This document shows positions 34,259-43,770 of a stretch of DNA of 57,109 nt, one piece after another. The position numbers and the translations under genes are program-made. The notes beneath the pieces were generated by a model. That model ran no database searches, was not told where the DNA came from, and worked only from the letters and a program-made list of their open reading frames with translations. Position 1 is the first letter of the stretch; each line of letters begins with the position of its first letter. This DNA comes from a virus. Its lineage: Duplodnaviria; Caudoviricetes. Location of the stretch: IMG/VR virus record IMGVR_UViG_3300047300_000237, positions 1 through 57,109 of that record; one strand, 5' to 3'.

Positions 34259-34839
34259 TGGACTATAACAATCTTCTTTGGTTACCTATTGATATTCCAA
34301 AGTTTCCGTATCCCAATATGGAGCTGGCCCAAGATACGTCTTGGGCCTTTTGGAATTTCACCAAGATGGTAGAAGGCGATAGTCCGTATGAAACTACAGT
34401 CTTGAAGCAAGAGATATTGGACGCATATCCAAAACTCTTAGAATGGTTTCAGTATTTTCCATACAAGACCATTCGAAATATCAAATGGAATACTCAGGTC
34501 GGTGAAGTCCGTTCGCACATAGACTTTACTAAACCAGTAAATAATCCCGATCTTTTCAAAAACAACTCTGAAAATGAGCCATGTGGTTACAGAATTCTTA
34601 TTCGCGGTAGCAGAACAAATAAGTTGTTTGTGATGCGAGATGATGAAAAAGTTTACGTTGACATTCCAGAAGATACAGATGTATATGTTCTAAGACATAC
34701 AGATGGATTACACGGAGTGGATGCAGATGAAGACCGAACAACCATCTTTACGCATTTCGAGATTGATCCTATACGTCACAGACTTTTGATTGAAAAAAGT
34801 TTGGAAAAATACAACAATTATGCAGTTTGGGTAAAATGA
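34258..34839 (+). CDS. Putative 2OG-Fe(II)/cupin-fold protein
   Basis: HID...LHGV...R pattern. Confidence 0.5.
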   Translation: MDYNNLLWLPIDIPKFPYPNMELAQDTSWAFWNFTKMVEGDSPYETTVLKQEILDAYPKLLEWFQYFPYKTIRNIKWNTQVGEVRSHIDFTKPVNNPDLFKNNSENEPCGYRILIRGSRTNKLFVMRDDEKVYVDIPEDTDVYVLRHTDGLHGVDADEDRTTIFTHFEIDPIRHRLLIEKSLEKYNNYAVWVK

Positions 34840-34843
34840 CCTA

Positions 34844-34904
34844 TTGACTTTTGGTCGCGAATCGCTTATAAAGAGAATGTAGCGAAGTGAGAAAGTGATT
34901 CGAA
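34844..34904 (+). promoter_or_regulatory. Early promoter cassette (CGAATCG spacer + TGATTCG leader)
   Basis: TTGACTTTTGGTCGCGAATCGCTTATAAAG...GAGAAAGTGATTCGAA-ATG. Confidence 0.85.
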
Positions 34905-35291
34905 ATGCTTACCCTGTCTCAGATCAATGAAGTCACCAACAGCCATGACGGTGACATCTATTCAGACCTTTACAAGGACGTTTTCGGTTCGCGGCCTCGC
35001 GGTCATGTCTTCTCTTCAACCGAAGAGTTTGACGCCGAATTTGAGCGTCTGGTAAATCTTCTGTCGGAAAAGATTGACGAAGATTCCATTCGTCAGGCGG
35101 CTAATCTTGAGAAGTTCAAGGAGCGTGTGGCAGAAACCATGCTGCTTTGTAACTGCGACAAGGTTCGTGCTGTAGAAATCATTGCAGACGCCGAAGATGA
35201 AGCCGATGCATACAAGTGGTACGGTGCAGAGCGTCTTGAGTGGTGCTTCGACCTTAAGTTTGGCGCACTCAAAGAGTGGCTTGCTGAATAA
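34905..35291 (+). CDS. Hypothetical early protein
   Basis: YSDLYKDVFGSRPRG motif; follows the promoter cassette. Confidence 0.8.
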   Translation: MLTLSQINEVTNSHDGDIYSDLYKDVFGSRPRGHVFSSTEEFDAEFERLVNLLSEKIDEDSIRQAANLEKFKERVAETMLLCNCDKVRAVEIIADAEDEADAYKWYGAERLEWCFDLKFGALKEWLAE

Positions 35292-35297
35292 GTTTTT

Positions 35298-35372
35298 GCG
35301 CCTGTAGCTCAAAGGTAGAGCCAGCCGCTCATAACGGCCAGGTTGCGGGTTCGAGTCCTGCCGGGCGCACCA
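35298..35372 (+). tRNA. tRNA(CAT), probably Ile2 (lysidine type)
   Basis: GCCG-CTCATAA-CGGC anticodon arm typical of Ile2; CCA end. Confidence 0.88.
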
Positions 35373-35381
35373 AGTTTTTAT

Positions 35382-35457
35382 GGACCATTAGCTCAGTTGG
35401 TAGAGCGCGGGACTCTTAATCCTTAGGTCGTAGGTTCGAATCCTACATGGTCTACCA
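35382..35457 (+). tRNA. tRNA-Lys(CTT)
   Basis: Loop CTCTTAA, CCA end. Confidence 0.95.
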
Positions 35458-35463
35458 TTTCAC

Positions 35464-35539
35464 GGACACTTAGCTCAGTAGGTAGAGCAACGGGCTTTTA
35501 ACCTGTAGGTCCTGGGTTCGAACCCCAGAGTGTCCACCA
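35464..35539 (+). tRNA. tRNA-Lys(TTT)
   Basis: Loop CTTTTAA, CCA end. Confidence 0.95.
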
Positions 35540-35543
35540 ATTT

Positions 35544-35618
35544 AGTTTCGTAGCACAACGGTTAGTGCATTCGACTGATAATCGAAAGATGCAAGTTCGA
35601 TTCTTGCCGAAACTACCA
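35544..35618 (+). tRNA. tRNA-Ile(GAT)
   Basis: Loop CTGATAA, CCA end. Confidence 0.93.
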
Positions 35619-35619
35619 T

Positions 35620-35691
35620 GCCAGCAGAACAAGTGTTCGGCCGACTCTCATAAGGTTGGCTCGGTTGGAGCGTTACCAACTGCTGGTACCA
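35620..35691 (+). tRNA. Atypical tRNA-Met(CAT) with minimal D arm and non-TTC T loop
   Basis: GCCAGCA/TGCTGGT acceptor, GAAC-AAGT-GTTC, CCGACT-CTCATAA-GGTTGG, GTTGG-AGCGTTA-CCAAC, ACCA end. Confidence 0.75.
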
Positions 35692-35692
35692 A

Positions 35693-35770
35693 GGGTCGAT
35701 GGCAGAGTGGTCCAATGCAAGGGACTGCAAATCCCTAAAGCCGCCAGTTCGAATCTGGCTCGGCCCTCCA
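35693..35770 (+). tRNA. tRNA-Cys(GCA)
   Basis: Loop CTGCAAA, TCCA end. Confidence 0.93.
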
Positions 35771-35774
35771 ATAT

Positions 35775-35849
35775 GCGGGAGTAGCTCAGGGGTAGAGCGT
35801 CACCTTGCCAAGGTGAATGTCGTGGGTTCGAATCCCATCTTCCGCTCCA
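35775..35849 (+). tRNA. tRNA-Gly(GCC)
   Basis: Loop TTGCCAA, TCCA end. Confidence 0.95.
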
Positions 35850-35851
35850 TT

Positions 35852-35927
35852 GGCCCCATCGTCTAGCGGCCTAGGACGCGGCCCTTTCACGGCTGAAACA
35901 CGGGTTCGATTCCCGTTGGGGTCACCA
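35852..35927 (+). tRNA. tRNA-Glu(TTC)
   Basis: Loop CTTTCAC, CCA end. Confidence 0.95.
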
Positions 35928-35942
35928 GTTAAGGATTATATC

Positions 35943-36119
35943 ATGAGTAAGATGATTATAGCATTTCTAATTCTGTTTTGCCTTATATTTGCTGGAATTG
36001 AAGTTTTTCAGACCCTGACCAAATCTGAAAAAATTAACTTGACAAAGTGGGTCATTTATAGTATAGTGTGTGCAGTGATGACAATGGTTGTCATTGCTGG
36101 TATTGTGTTCATCTTTTAA
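35943..36119 (+). CDS. Small two-TM membrane protein
   Basis: AAGGA RBS; typical partner upstream of phage SPFH genes. Confidence 0.75.
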   Translation: MSKMIIAFLILFCLIFAGIEVFQTLTKSEKINLTKWVIYSIVCAVMTMVVIAGIVFIF

Positions 36120-36132
36120 GGATTAATTTGTA

Positions 36133-36930
36133 ATGAATCGTATTGCTAAGATTTCGGCTCTGGGTCTTCTGATGGTTACCACGGCTGCTTGTACCCGAAT
36201 TGAGACTGGTGAAGTCGGTGTTCGTCGCTCGTTTGATAAGACGATTGAAACTACAGAACTTCTGCCTGGTAGTGTGAACCAGACCATCTTCGGTGATGTT
36301 ATGACTTTCCCGACTAAGGATGTGTCGGTAGATGTTGCTGATATGACGCCACTAGCATCTGACAACTCTACAGTTGCAGACTTTGATCTTTCGGTTGTCT
36401 ATTCGATCAATCCCACTTCGGTGGCAGAACTTTACATCGAAAAGAACCGTGGCTTTCATGCTGAAACCGAAGATGGCGATACGCTGTTGATGTATAACTA
36501 CATTCGCCAGTTGGCTCGTAATGCTGTCTACAAGACCGCTCGTAAGTATGAATCGCTCAAGATGGCAGATAATCGTGCTGAAATCGAAAATCTTGTTCGT
36601 CAGGAGATTGTAGAAAATCTTGCAGATGAAAAGTTGGATAGCGCAATCACTGTCTCACAGGTTCTGGTTCGCCAGATTACCCCCGCCGAGAACATTGTCC
36701 AGTCGGCTAACCTGCTTGTTCAGGCACAGAATGAACAGAAGCGCAAGGAAGTCGAAGTGAAGACTGCCAAGTTGGAAGCAGAACGAATTGCCGCTCTTAA
36801 TGCCAACAAGGGTGCTACCCAGTATATGGCTGCAATGGCGCTTCAGGATATCGCAACTGGTGTCAAGAACGGCAAGGTGAATACTGTTGTTGTTCCTTAT
36901 GACTTCAAGGGTATCATCAACGTCAAGTAA
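36133..36930 (+). CDS. SPFH/Band 7 (prohibitin-like) lipoprotein
   Basis: Lipobox TAAC, IETGEVGV, C-terminal EAERIA coiled coil. Confidence 0.9.
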   Translation: MNRIAKISALGLLMVTTAACTRIETGEVGVRRSFDKTIETTELLPGSVNQTIFGDVMTFPTKDVSVDVADMTPLASDNSTVADFDLSVVYSINPTSVAELYIEKNRGFHAETEDGDTLLMYNYIRQLARNAVYKTARKYESLKMADNRAEIENLVRQEIVENLADEKLDSAITVSQVLVRQITPAENIVQSANLLVQAQNEQKRKEVEVKTAKLEAERIAALNANKGATQYMAAMALQDIATGVKNGKVNTVVVPYDFKGIINVK

Positions 36931-36938
36931 GACTGACT

Positions 36939-37025
36939 GGAAGGTGGGCAGGACGGTAATGCAACGCACTGCTAATGCGTCAACCAGAAATGGTTGAGTG
37001 GGTTCGACTCCCACACCTTCCGCCA
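36939..37025 (+). tRNA. tRNA-Ser(GCT)
   Basis: Loop CTGCTAA, long V-arm, GCCA end. Confidence 0.95.
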
Positions 37026-37044
37026 GTTATAAGTAATCCTGTAT

Positions 37045-37121
37045 GGTGTCGGTAGCTCAGTTGGTAGAGCGCGGGCTTGTGGTGCCTGATGTCGCGGGTT
37101 CGAACCCCGTCCTTCACCCCA
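37045..37121 (+). tRNA. tRNA-His(GTG) with G-1 and C73
   Basis: Loop TTGTGGT, CCCA end; two acceptor-stem mismatches. Confidence 0.9.
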
Positions 37122-37131
37122 GGAGAACAAC

Positions 37132-37884
37132 ATGGACATATTGATCGGAATCTTAACATCTAAAGATCAACAAAAACTAAAACGTTGTGTAGAGAGTGTT
37201 CTGCCGCAAACCACCAATGTGGTAGTGGTATGTAATACTCTCGATTTGTCGTATGTGAAGGAGGCACAAAAGATTGCCGATGATCATGGACTAAAATTCA
37301 TAGTCACGGAATCCAATGGCACTCCTGCAAAAGGCAAAAATTCTGTTCTGGAATATTTCAGAACTACTAATCATCAATACTTCATGCAAGTTGATGGTGA
37401 TGATGAACTTACTCCAGATTGTCTTGAAAAACTGAAAAGAATCGTTACTGACAACCCAACTGTTGATGTTATAGGTCTGACTTATAACTACATGCTATAC
37501 GACAATTCTGTGACCACCGCAGAAGATTTCTTTGAGAGCAAAGACATTTACTCTTTTGCTGGTATAAAAGGCGCACACGGATTGCGACTTATCCAATTGG
37601 GTAAATTTCTAGCAAACAATCTTGTCTATAATAGAATGTTATTATACTCAAGAAAATGTTTAGATCATTTGATATTTGATGAAAAGTTCTTGGGATCAGA
37701 AGATGTTGTGGCTTCATATAAATTATTCTATAATAAACAAATAGAATACGTTCTAACAAATGAACATCTGTATGTGTATCACTTGGAAGATGGAGGAAAC
37801 TTCAACTCGTTTTTAAGTAGTTCCTCAGAAATCAAAAAGGTTCTCGGTGAGTTGGAGAGAATAGTAAATGACCCACAAGATTGA
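37132..37884 (+). CDS. Glycosyltransferase family 2
   Basis: LKRCVESVL, SNGTPAKGKN, VDGDD, GSED. Confidence 0.85.
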   Translation: MDILIGILTSKDQQKLKRCVESVLPQTTNVVVVCNTLDLSYVKEAQKIADDHGLKFIVTESNGTPAKGKNSVLEYFRTTNHQYFMQVDGDDELTPDCLEKLKRIVTDNPTVDVIGLTYNYMLYDNSVTTAEDFFESKDIYSFAGIKGAHGLRLIQLGKFLANNLVYNRMLLYSRKCLDHLIFDEKFLGSEDVVASYKLFYNKQIEYVLTNEHLYVYHLEDGGNFNSFLSSSSEIKKVLGELERIVNDPQD

Positions 37885-38533
37885 TTATAGAACGGCGTAT
37901 AAGGTCGCAAAGAAGTTATTGAAAAATCCTGAAAATACAATTTTCATATTTCAGTTTCTCCATGCTACCAATCCGCCATCTTTAATATGGGCATATAATA
38001 AACTTCTTTCTACTGATCATGGCGGTGAAATAGCATATAACTCCGAAGAAGTCTCAGAGTATTTTGACACCCTTGCTGATAGACCAGAAAATTCTGTCGG
38101 TAAAGAATGTCATTCTCTTTTCCCGAATCAACAAATTCTGTTGAAGATAAGTCGGCGCAAGTCCAACGACAAATGGATCGAAGCGAAGCATCCCTATAGT
38201 TGGATGTCAAGACGCTATAGAGATACCCACGATACTTGGCACACTCTGACAGGCTATAAGGCCAAGATTGTGGGCGAAATGTGTCTTGCCATGTTCTCAT
38301 ACACACAAACAAAATCCCTTGGTTGGCTTCTGATTGCGCTGATCGTATTCATCTATAGAGGTATGAAACTTTCTGATATTAAACTATTGCGGGAAGCATA
38401 TGCCAATGGAAAGAATGCCAACTTTTTATTGGCAGAAAATTACGATAAACTCTTGAATGAAGACTTAAATCATGCTAGAGTGAGACTTAACATTCTGCCT
38501 CCGAAAGAATACTATGCATCTACAGAAGATTGA
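37868..38533 (+). CDS. Coq4-like protein
   Basis: RYRDTHDTWHTLTGY...GEM (HDxxH) motif, PENSVG. Confidence 0.85.
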   Translation: MTHKIDYRTAYKVAKKLLKNPENTIFIFQFLHATNPPSLIWAYNKLLSTDHGGEIAYNSEEVSEYFDTLADRPENSVGKECHSLFPNQQILLKISRRKSNDKWIEAKHPYSWMSRRYRDTHDTWHTLTGYKAKIVGEMCLAMFSYTQTKSLGWLLIALIVFIYRGMKLSDIKLLREAYANGKNANFLLAENYDKLLNEDLNHARVRLNILPPKEYYASTED

Positions 38534-39140
38534 TAGCAGTTATCCTATAGATAAGATATTACCTTTTTGTAAAGAATCTATCGACGATGAGCGCCCAGGT
38601 GCTATTAACATGTCACCAGAAGACTGGGCAAGAAATCCCAGTAGTTTTCTATATCTGCTTTACATCGAAAAGAGGTATGACGGACCAGGTAATGGATATT
38701 TTATCCACGAGAGAGGCGGTAAAATTCTGTGCGGAGGGGGCTTCTCAGTATCCGACATTGACGACCGAATGACACATTTGAGTTCTAGGAGTTACACGAT
38801 TCCTGGAATCAGACTGCCGAGAGTTCACGGCGCAATACATGACTTATCGATAGACCTCAGTATCGAGGCTGGTAGAGCGGGCGCATTTTCATCGTTGAAT
38901 GAATATAACGCCCATAAGATTCCTGGTTACATAGATATTAACACCCCAGCCAACCATCCAAACTATTTTGTTGAAGATGGTAAACACTATGCAAAACCAG
39001 GTGTTAGAATTCATCCTGATATGAAAATGCTAGGACCAGTAAAAATCCGAGGCTCTAAGCAATGGATTGCATATATGATTTGGGATAAGAGCCACGAGAC
39101 TAAATTTTTAGAGACTATGGAGAATTTGGCATGGAAGTAA
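38514..39140 (+). CDS. Hypothetical protein, possibly GNAT-like
   Basis: YFIHERGGKILCGGG strand-turn pattern; weak. Confidence 0.55.
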   Translation: MHLQKIDSSYPIDKILPFCKESIDDERPGAINMSPEDWARNPSSFLYLLYIEKRYDGPGNGYFIHERGGKILCGGGFSVSDIDDRMTHLSSRSYTIPGIRLPRVHGAIHDLSIDLSIEAGRAGAFSSLNEYNAHKIPGYIDINTPANHPNYFVEDGKHYAKPGVRIHPDMKMLGPVKIRGSKQWIAYMIWDKSHETKFLETMENLAWK

Positions 39141-39793
39141 CTTGTGGTCCAGAAAATAACAGACAGACTTTTACACTGACTGTACCAGAGGGTCGTCAAC
39201 TTGCTATCATGTTAAGTAGTGGTGCAGATAGTGCCATTCTTTTGTATATGATTTGCACAGAATTGATGCGACAGAGTAGAAGCACGGACGAGATAAAATA
39301 TATCTTCACGGTGCCAAAGACGGATGGTGCAGAAGCACATTCTCCTAGCATAGTATCGGCAATCAATGAGATGTTGAATATCAACTTGCCTATGCCCACG
39401 ATATTTGGAGCAGAAGCGGTTCAAACTCTTCATCACTCCAATCAAATCTTGGAGAGCATTCGTGCGGTATTCAATAAGTATGATCCAGACAGAAACAATC
39501 TATTCTTATATTTGGCAGATAATAGAGCGGTGTCAGAGTTAGTTCTTAACCCAGAAGAACAGCCATATAGAGTTGCCCAGAATCCATATCCAGAGTTGCT
39601 GGGACTACCATTCAACGATCTACTGAAATGCCATACAATTGATTTGCACTTTATACACGGTACAGAAAGATTGTTGGAATTGTCACACTCTTGCACACAA
39701 CAGACATATGGTAGATGTGGTAAGTGCTACCACTGCAGGGAAAGACAGTGGGCATTCGATCAACTAGGTAAAACTGATCCAGGACAAAATTAA
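39131..39793 (+). CDS. QueC-like PP-loop ATPase
   Basis: LSSGADS PP-loop; SHSC...CGKCYHCRER zinc site. Confidence 0.8.
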   Translation: MEVTCGPENNRQTFTLTVPEGRQLAIMLSSGADSAILLYMICTELMRQSRSTDEIKYIFTVPKTDGAEAHSPSIVSAINEMLNINLPMPTIFGAEAVQTLHHSNQILESIRAVFNKYDPDRNNLFLYLADNRAVSELVLNPEEQPYRVAQNPYPELLGLPFNDLLKCHTIDLHFIHGTERLLELSHSCTQQTYGRCGKCYHCRERQWAFDQLGKTDPGQN

Positions 39794-39795
39794 TA

Positions 39796-41394
39796 ATGAC
39801 TATGCGCGGAATGATTTTTGGTGGTATGATCAACTCGGACGAGCCAGCTCGTCCAGCTGATCTTCCTGGTGTCAGCTACAGTTCTGTGCGCCGTCATGCC
39901 GGGTCACATAGAATTGCTTCCTTTCTACGCCAGAATGGAGTGGAGGTAGAAGTAATCGATTTTGCACCTTCGTGGAAGTTCGAAGAGTTCCAAGAACTTG
40001 TTCGATCCAGAAAAATGTCAGAGATGAAATTTGTCGGTCTAGGTGCAATTTTCAATATGAACACCGAGACATTGTGGCGGTGCTTTACTTGGCTAAAACA
40101 AACTTATCCCGATGTCTTGCTTATCACTGGGTCTACTGAATTTCACAACATTCAACATATTCCTGCGGACTACATGGTGGTGGGGTATGGTGAATACGCC
40201 ATTCTAGAAATTCTAAAAGGTACCGCAAAGTGGACAGAACAGGTAATCAACAAAGAAGGTAATACTCGCAAGACGGTTCATGCACTACGGGACTATCCTG
40301 CATATCCTATGAGAAATCTATCCATTGACTTTGAAGATAGAGACTTTATGCAGCCGTTCGAAGCGGTTACTATGGAAACATCGCGCGGATGTAGGTTCAA
40401 ATGTTCATTCTGCACATATTCTATTCTGGGTGTAAAAGAAGACCATACAAGATCCGCCGATGATTTTCGTGATAATTTGATGCGTAACTATGACAAATAC
40501 GGTCTTCATAGATATTCCATCGCGGATGAGACCTTCAATGACTACACCGATAAGATCATCAAGTATGCCGATGTGGTAGAAAAACTACCCTTCAAGCCAA
40601 ACTTTGGTGGTTATGTCCGAGCGGACTTGCTCCATAGCAGGCCAGATGATATCGAACATTTGGCTAGAATGCGCTTCAATGGACAATTCTATGGCATTGA
40701 ATCATTCAATCATGCTAGTGCCAAGGCCATCGGTAAGGGACTGGATCCAGAAAAAATTCAGGCTGCTATTCTTAAAACCAGAGACTATTTTCTCAAACAT
40801 AATGGATATTACAAAGGCACGATTAGTCTTATCGTAGGTCTTCCACATGAAACCTCAGAGACTTTAGACGAGACTTTGAAGTGGTGTAAGGAAAATTGGA
40901 AGACACAACATCTTGGATGGACGCCACTGTTTATCACAAGCACACATAATAATGTAGTGCAAAGCACACTCTCTACAGAATACTCCAAGAAGGGCTATAG
41001 TCTAGTCGATCTTGATGAGATTATGTTAGATGAAACTCACCCAGATGTTAAGAGTATTCTGGATAGTAACCATGTTGTGCCAGAGATGAAGCACTATGTT
41101 AGAATGTTCCTGCGTAACTTTACCAATACTGTTCTTTTCCAGCACTGGAAGAGTAACACTGGTATGACAGAACGTGATGCCATTCTATGGATCATCAACA
41201 ATGTATGGAAGAAAGATGAATACATGGACTTCGGCGTTGATCATTGGAGAATGGACGAATGGTATGTTCATGGAAAGACAGATCAAGATATGCTAGGTTC
41301 ATATCGTGACTTAGGTGGCATACGACCGCCGATTGATGTCAAAGTAGATTTTATCGAAGAATATAAGAAAAAGAAACTAAACTATGTTGACTGA
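39796..41394 (+). CDS. B12-binding-type radical SAM protein
   Basis: SRGCRFKCSFC, IADETFN, YGIESFN, IVGLPHET; N-terminal Rossmann-like domain. Confidence 0.88.
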   Translation: MTMRGMIFGGMINSDEPARPADLPGVSYSSVRRHAGSHRIASFLRQNGVEVEVIDFAPSWKFEEFQELVRSRKMSEMKFVGLGAIFNMNTETLWRCFTWLKQTYPDVLLITGSTEFHNIQHIPADYMVVGYGEYAILEILKGTAKWTEQVINKEGNTRKTVHALRDYPAYPMRNLSIDFEDRDFMQPFEAVTMETSRGCRFKCSFCTYSILGVKEDHTRSADDFRDNLMRNYDKYGLHRYSIADETFNDYTDKIIKYADVVEKLPFKPNFGGYVRADLLHSRPDDIEHLARMRFNGQFYGIESFNHASAKAIGKGLDPEKIQAAILKTRDYFLKHNGYYKGTISLIVGLPHETSETLDETLKWCKENWKTQHLGWTPLFITSTHNNVVQSTLSTEYSKKGYSLVDLDEIMLDETHPDVKSILDSNHVVPEMKHYVRMFLRNFTNTVLFQHWKSNTGMTERDAILWIINNVWKKDEYMDFGVDHWRMDEWYVHGKTDQDMLGSYRDLGGIRPPIDVKVDFIEEYKKKKLNYVD

Positions 41395-42160
41395 AAATTT
41401 ACCCTGGAATCTACCTAACAAGAGATATGCCATTCTGGGTGTGCCTCGTTCTGGAACACAACTGGCGGAGGCATTTACTAATTATTCTCTCAGTAAGAAA
41501 TACGGCGAGGTAGTATCACTCCAAGAGATTTTTACCACGCAAGCAGCCCTATTCAACACAATTGAACTAACAGATGGTAAATTAAGTTTTACAGAAGCAC
41601 CCACGGACGTGGCTCTCGGTTCTGTACCAGCAGTCATGGAAGAGCGGTTAAAGCGAATCGCAAGAGCCGATGGGACTCAGCCACTGACATGCAGAGTATT
41701 TCTTGATGACCGAATGGCCAGCAGAAGTTTTGCAGATGGCATACTATATTTGCTAAATCTGGGATTTGATTTCATATATGTAAACCGTAGTTTTGAACAT
41801 AAGATTATTAGCGGAATGTTCGCCAAGAAGAGTTTCATCTTCAACCGTGAAAAGAATACAATGAAGTTGCATATCGACATTGAAGAATTAAAAACATTCA
41901 TCATTGCCAGATATCTAATTGAGGAACAGAACAAAAAGGTATTGAACAAATACACCGACTACCTCGAAGTGAATTATGATGATTTGACATCCATGGCAGA
42001 AGACTTGTCTCCCGAAGAGCGAGAACAAGCATTCGGCATCTTCAAAGAAAAGCAACTGGCTTTGGATCCGTATGAGCAAATTCTAAACGCGGACGAGGTA
42101 AAAGAGGTATTTGAAGTCTTCTATCCTAAACTTCAACAACTTGCAGCCGAGTTGCTATAA
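41384..42160 (+). CDS. Sulfotransferase-like P-loop protein
   Basis: GVPRSGT 5'-PSB loop, EIF, YVNRS, VNYDDL. Confidence 0.7.
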   Translation: MLTENLPWNLPNKRYAILGVPRSGTQLAEAFTNYSLSKKYGEVVSLQEIFTTQAALFNTIELTDGKLSFTEAPTDVALGSVPAVMEERLKRIARADGTQPLTCRVFLDDRMASRSFADGILYLLNLGFDFIYVNRSFEHKIISGMFAKKSFIFNREKNTMKLHIDIEELKTFIIARYLIEEQNKKVLNKYTDYLEVNYDDLTSMAEDLSPEEREQAFGIFKEKQLALDPYEQILNADEVKEVFEVFYPKLQQLAAELL

Positions 42161-43377
42161 TGGATAAACTTTGCATCGCGCCATTTGTTCACTCTCATGT
42201 TAGCGCAAAATACGAGAGAAAACTTTGCTGTGTTGCAAAGACCATTCCTGGTATGGATAAGACTTCTACGGAACAATACTGGAATTCCGATTACGTCAAA
42301 CAAGCCAGACTTGATATGATGGCTGGTAAAGAATTGCCCGATTGCTCGTTCTGTTATGACCACGAGAAAAATAATAGAACCTCTCTTCGACAACAACTAA
42401 ATGCGTGGTATGATGTAAATGGAATAGTCTCTCAGACTTTACCCGATGGCACCATGCCGCTGTATCCTAGTTACTTTGATGTAAGATCCATTCGCTGTAA
42501 TATGCATTGTGTTACCTGCGATGACAATCACAGTTCCAAGCACTTCACCATTGCGAAGGAAGTTTTGGGTAGAAACTCTAGACATGTTATTGATCCAGAA
42601 TATGAGAACACTCTGGCGCAGGAGATAATTCAAGGACTTCTCACTAAAACAACTAAGCACATATACTGGGCGGGTGGGGAGCCACTGATAACTCAAATGC
42701 ATTGGACAGTTATCGATAAGATGGAAGAACTTCTGGAAGATCCAGAATATACCGATTACATTCGGTCAATACAGATGTTTTATAATACCAACATGACAAA
42801 GTTGGAAAGAAACGGCAGACTTATACCAGAGATACTTGCCAAATTCGATACTACAATTTGGACCAGTATGGACGGCATCGAAAGAACATTTGAATATTGC
42901 AGGGATGGTGGCACCTGGGAGAAAATACGCGGTAATTGGCTAGAGTATAAGAAGTATGTCCCCAAGTCTGGCATAACTGCCGTGCTATCTGCACCCGTTC
43001 TCATGGACATAGAAAAGTTGGTGAACTTTCTAGAAGAGCATCAAGCATCGATGTTCAATCATGAATATGCGCCGAACGACTATATCAATCTGATGGATAT
43101 TCGGTTATGGCCGCAGCACCTGTTTGATGAAATAATCGACAATGCAGAGCAAATACTTAGAAAAACATCTTTACACGGCAAAGAATATACGCTATCAATA
43201 CTAGATAAGTATAGAGAAGAAAAGAAGACTTTTCCCGTTCCAGACTATGCTTTTGTGAAGCAACAAATACAGAAGCGAGATAAGTTTTTGCGGTATGAGG
43301 TTTCTTTTGAAAATCTACTGAAACATATTCACGAAAATGCCTATGAATGGTATTCAAATATTTTATGGATGGAATAA
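42160..43377 (+). CDS. Radical SAM protein with N-terminal twitch/SPASM-like domain
   Basis: CIAPF..LCC..CSFC, CNMHCVTC, WAGGEPL, YNTN, SMDG. Confidence 0.9.
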   Translation: MDKLCIAPFVHSHVSAKYERKLCCVAKTIPGMDKTSTEQYWNSDYVKQARLDMMAGKELPDCSFCYDHEKNNRTSLRQQLNAWYDVNGIVSQTLPDGTMPLYPSYFDVRSIRCNMHCVTCDDNHSSKHFTIAKEVLGRNSRHVIDPEYENTLAQEIIQGLLTKTTKHIYWAGGEPLITQMHWTVIDKMEELLEDPEYTDYIRSIQMFYNTNMTKLERNGRLIPEILAKFDTTIWTSMDGIERTFEYCRDGGTWEKIRGNWLEYKKYVPKSGITAVLSAPVLMDIEKLVNFLEEHQASMFNHEYAPNDYINLMDIRLWPQHLFDEIIDNAEQILRKTSLHGKEYTLSILDKYREEKKTFPVPDYAFVKQQIQKRDKFLRYEVSFENLLKHIHENAYEWYSNILWME

Positions 43378-43701
43378 ATGCCCGTATATGATTTAAGAAA
43401 TAATGAAACTGGTGAAGAGTGGGAAGAACGACTGTCGTATGATGACATGAAGGCTCTCACCGCCGATGGTAAGATTGTTCTTGTCTACAACAAGTTTCCA
43501 GGTGTTGTCCATGCTACTGGCTCAGATGGTGGTGGCAAGGTGCCAGATCACTTTAAGGAAGTTATGAGTCGAGTTGCCGAACAAAACCCCAACACACCCG
43601 TTGCTGAGAAGTGGGGTTCCAAGTCTATCAAGGAAGTCAAGACCCGTGATGCGGTTGACAAGGCTCGCAAGAAAGCGGGCGGCTCTTTGATGACGCCGTA
43701 A
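43378..43701 (+). CDS. Conserved T4-like hypothetical protein (FmdB-like N-terminus)
   Basis: MPVYDLRNNETGE, KVPDHFKEVM. Confidence 0.75.
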   Translation: MPVYDLRNNETGEEWEERLSYDDMKALTADGKIVLVYNKFPGVVHATGSDGGGKVPDHFKEVMSRVAEQNPNTPVAEKWGSKSIKEVKTRDAVDKARKKAGGSLMTP

Positions 43702-43709
43702 AATACCGC

Positions 43710-43770
43710 TTGACATTTCCGACGAATCTGCTAGGATGTAAGAGTAGTCAGAAAGAGAAAGTGATTCGTT
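43710..43770 (+). promoter_or_regulatory. Early promoter cassette
   Basis: TTGACA..CGAATCTGC-TAGGAT..AGTAGTCAG..GAGAAAGTGATTCGTT-ATG. Confidence 0.85.

Noticed and set aside
39131-39793. 7-deazaguanine DNA modification system
   Set aside because: Only a divergent QueC-like gene; no folE, queD, queE or dpdA in this window (they could lie outside it)
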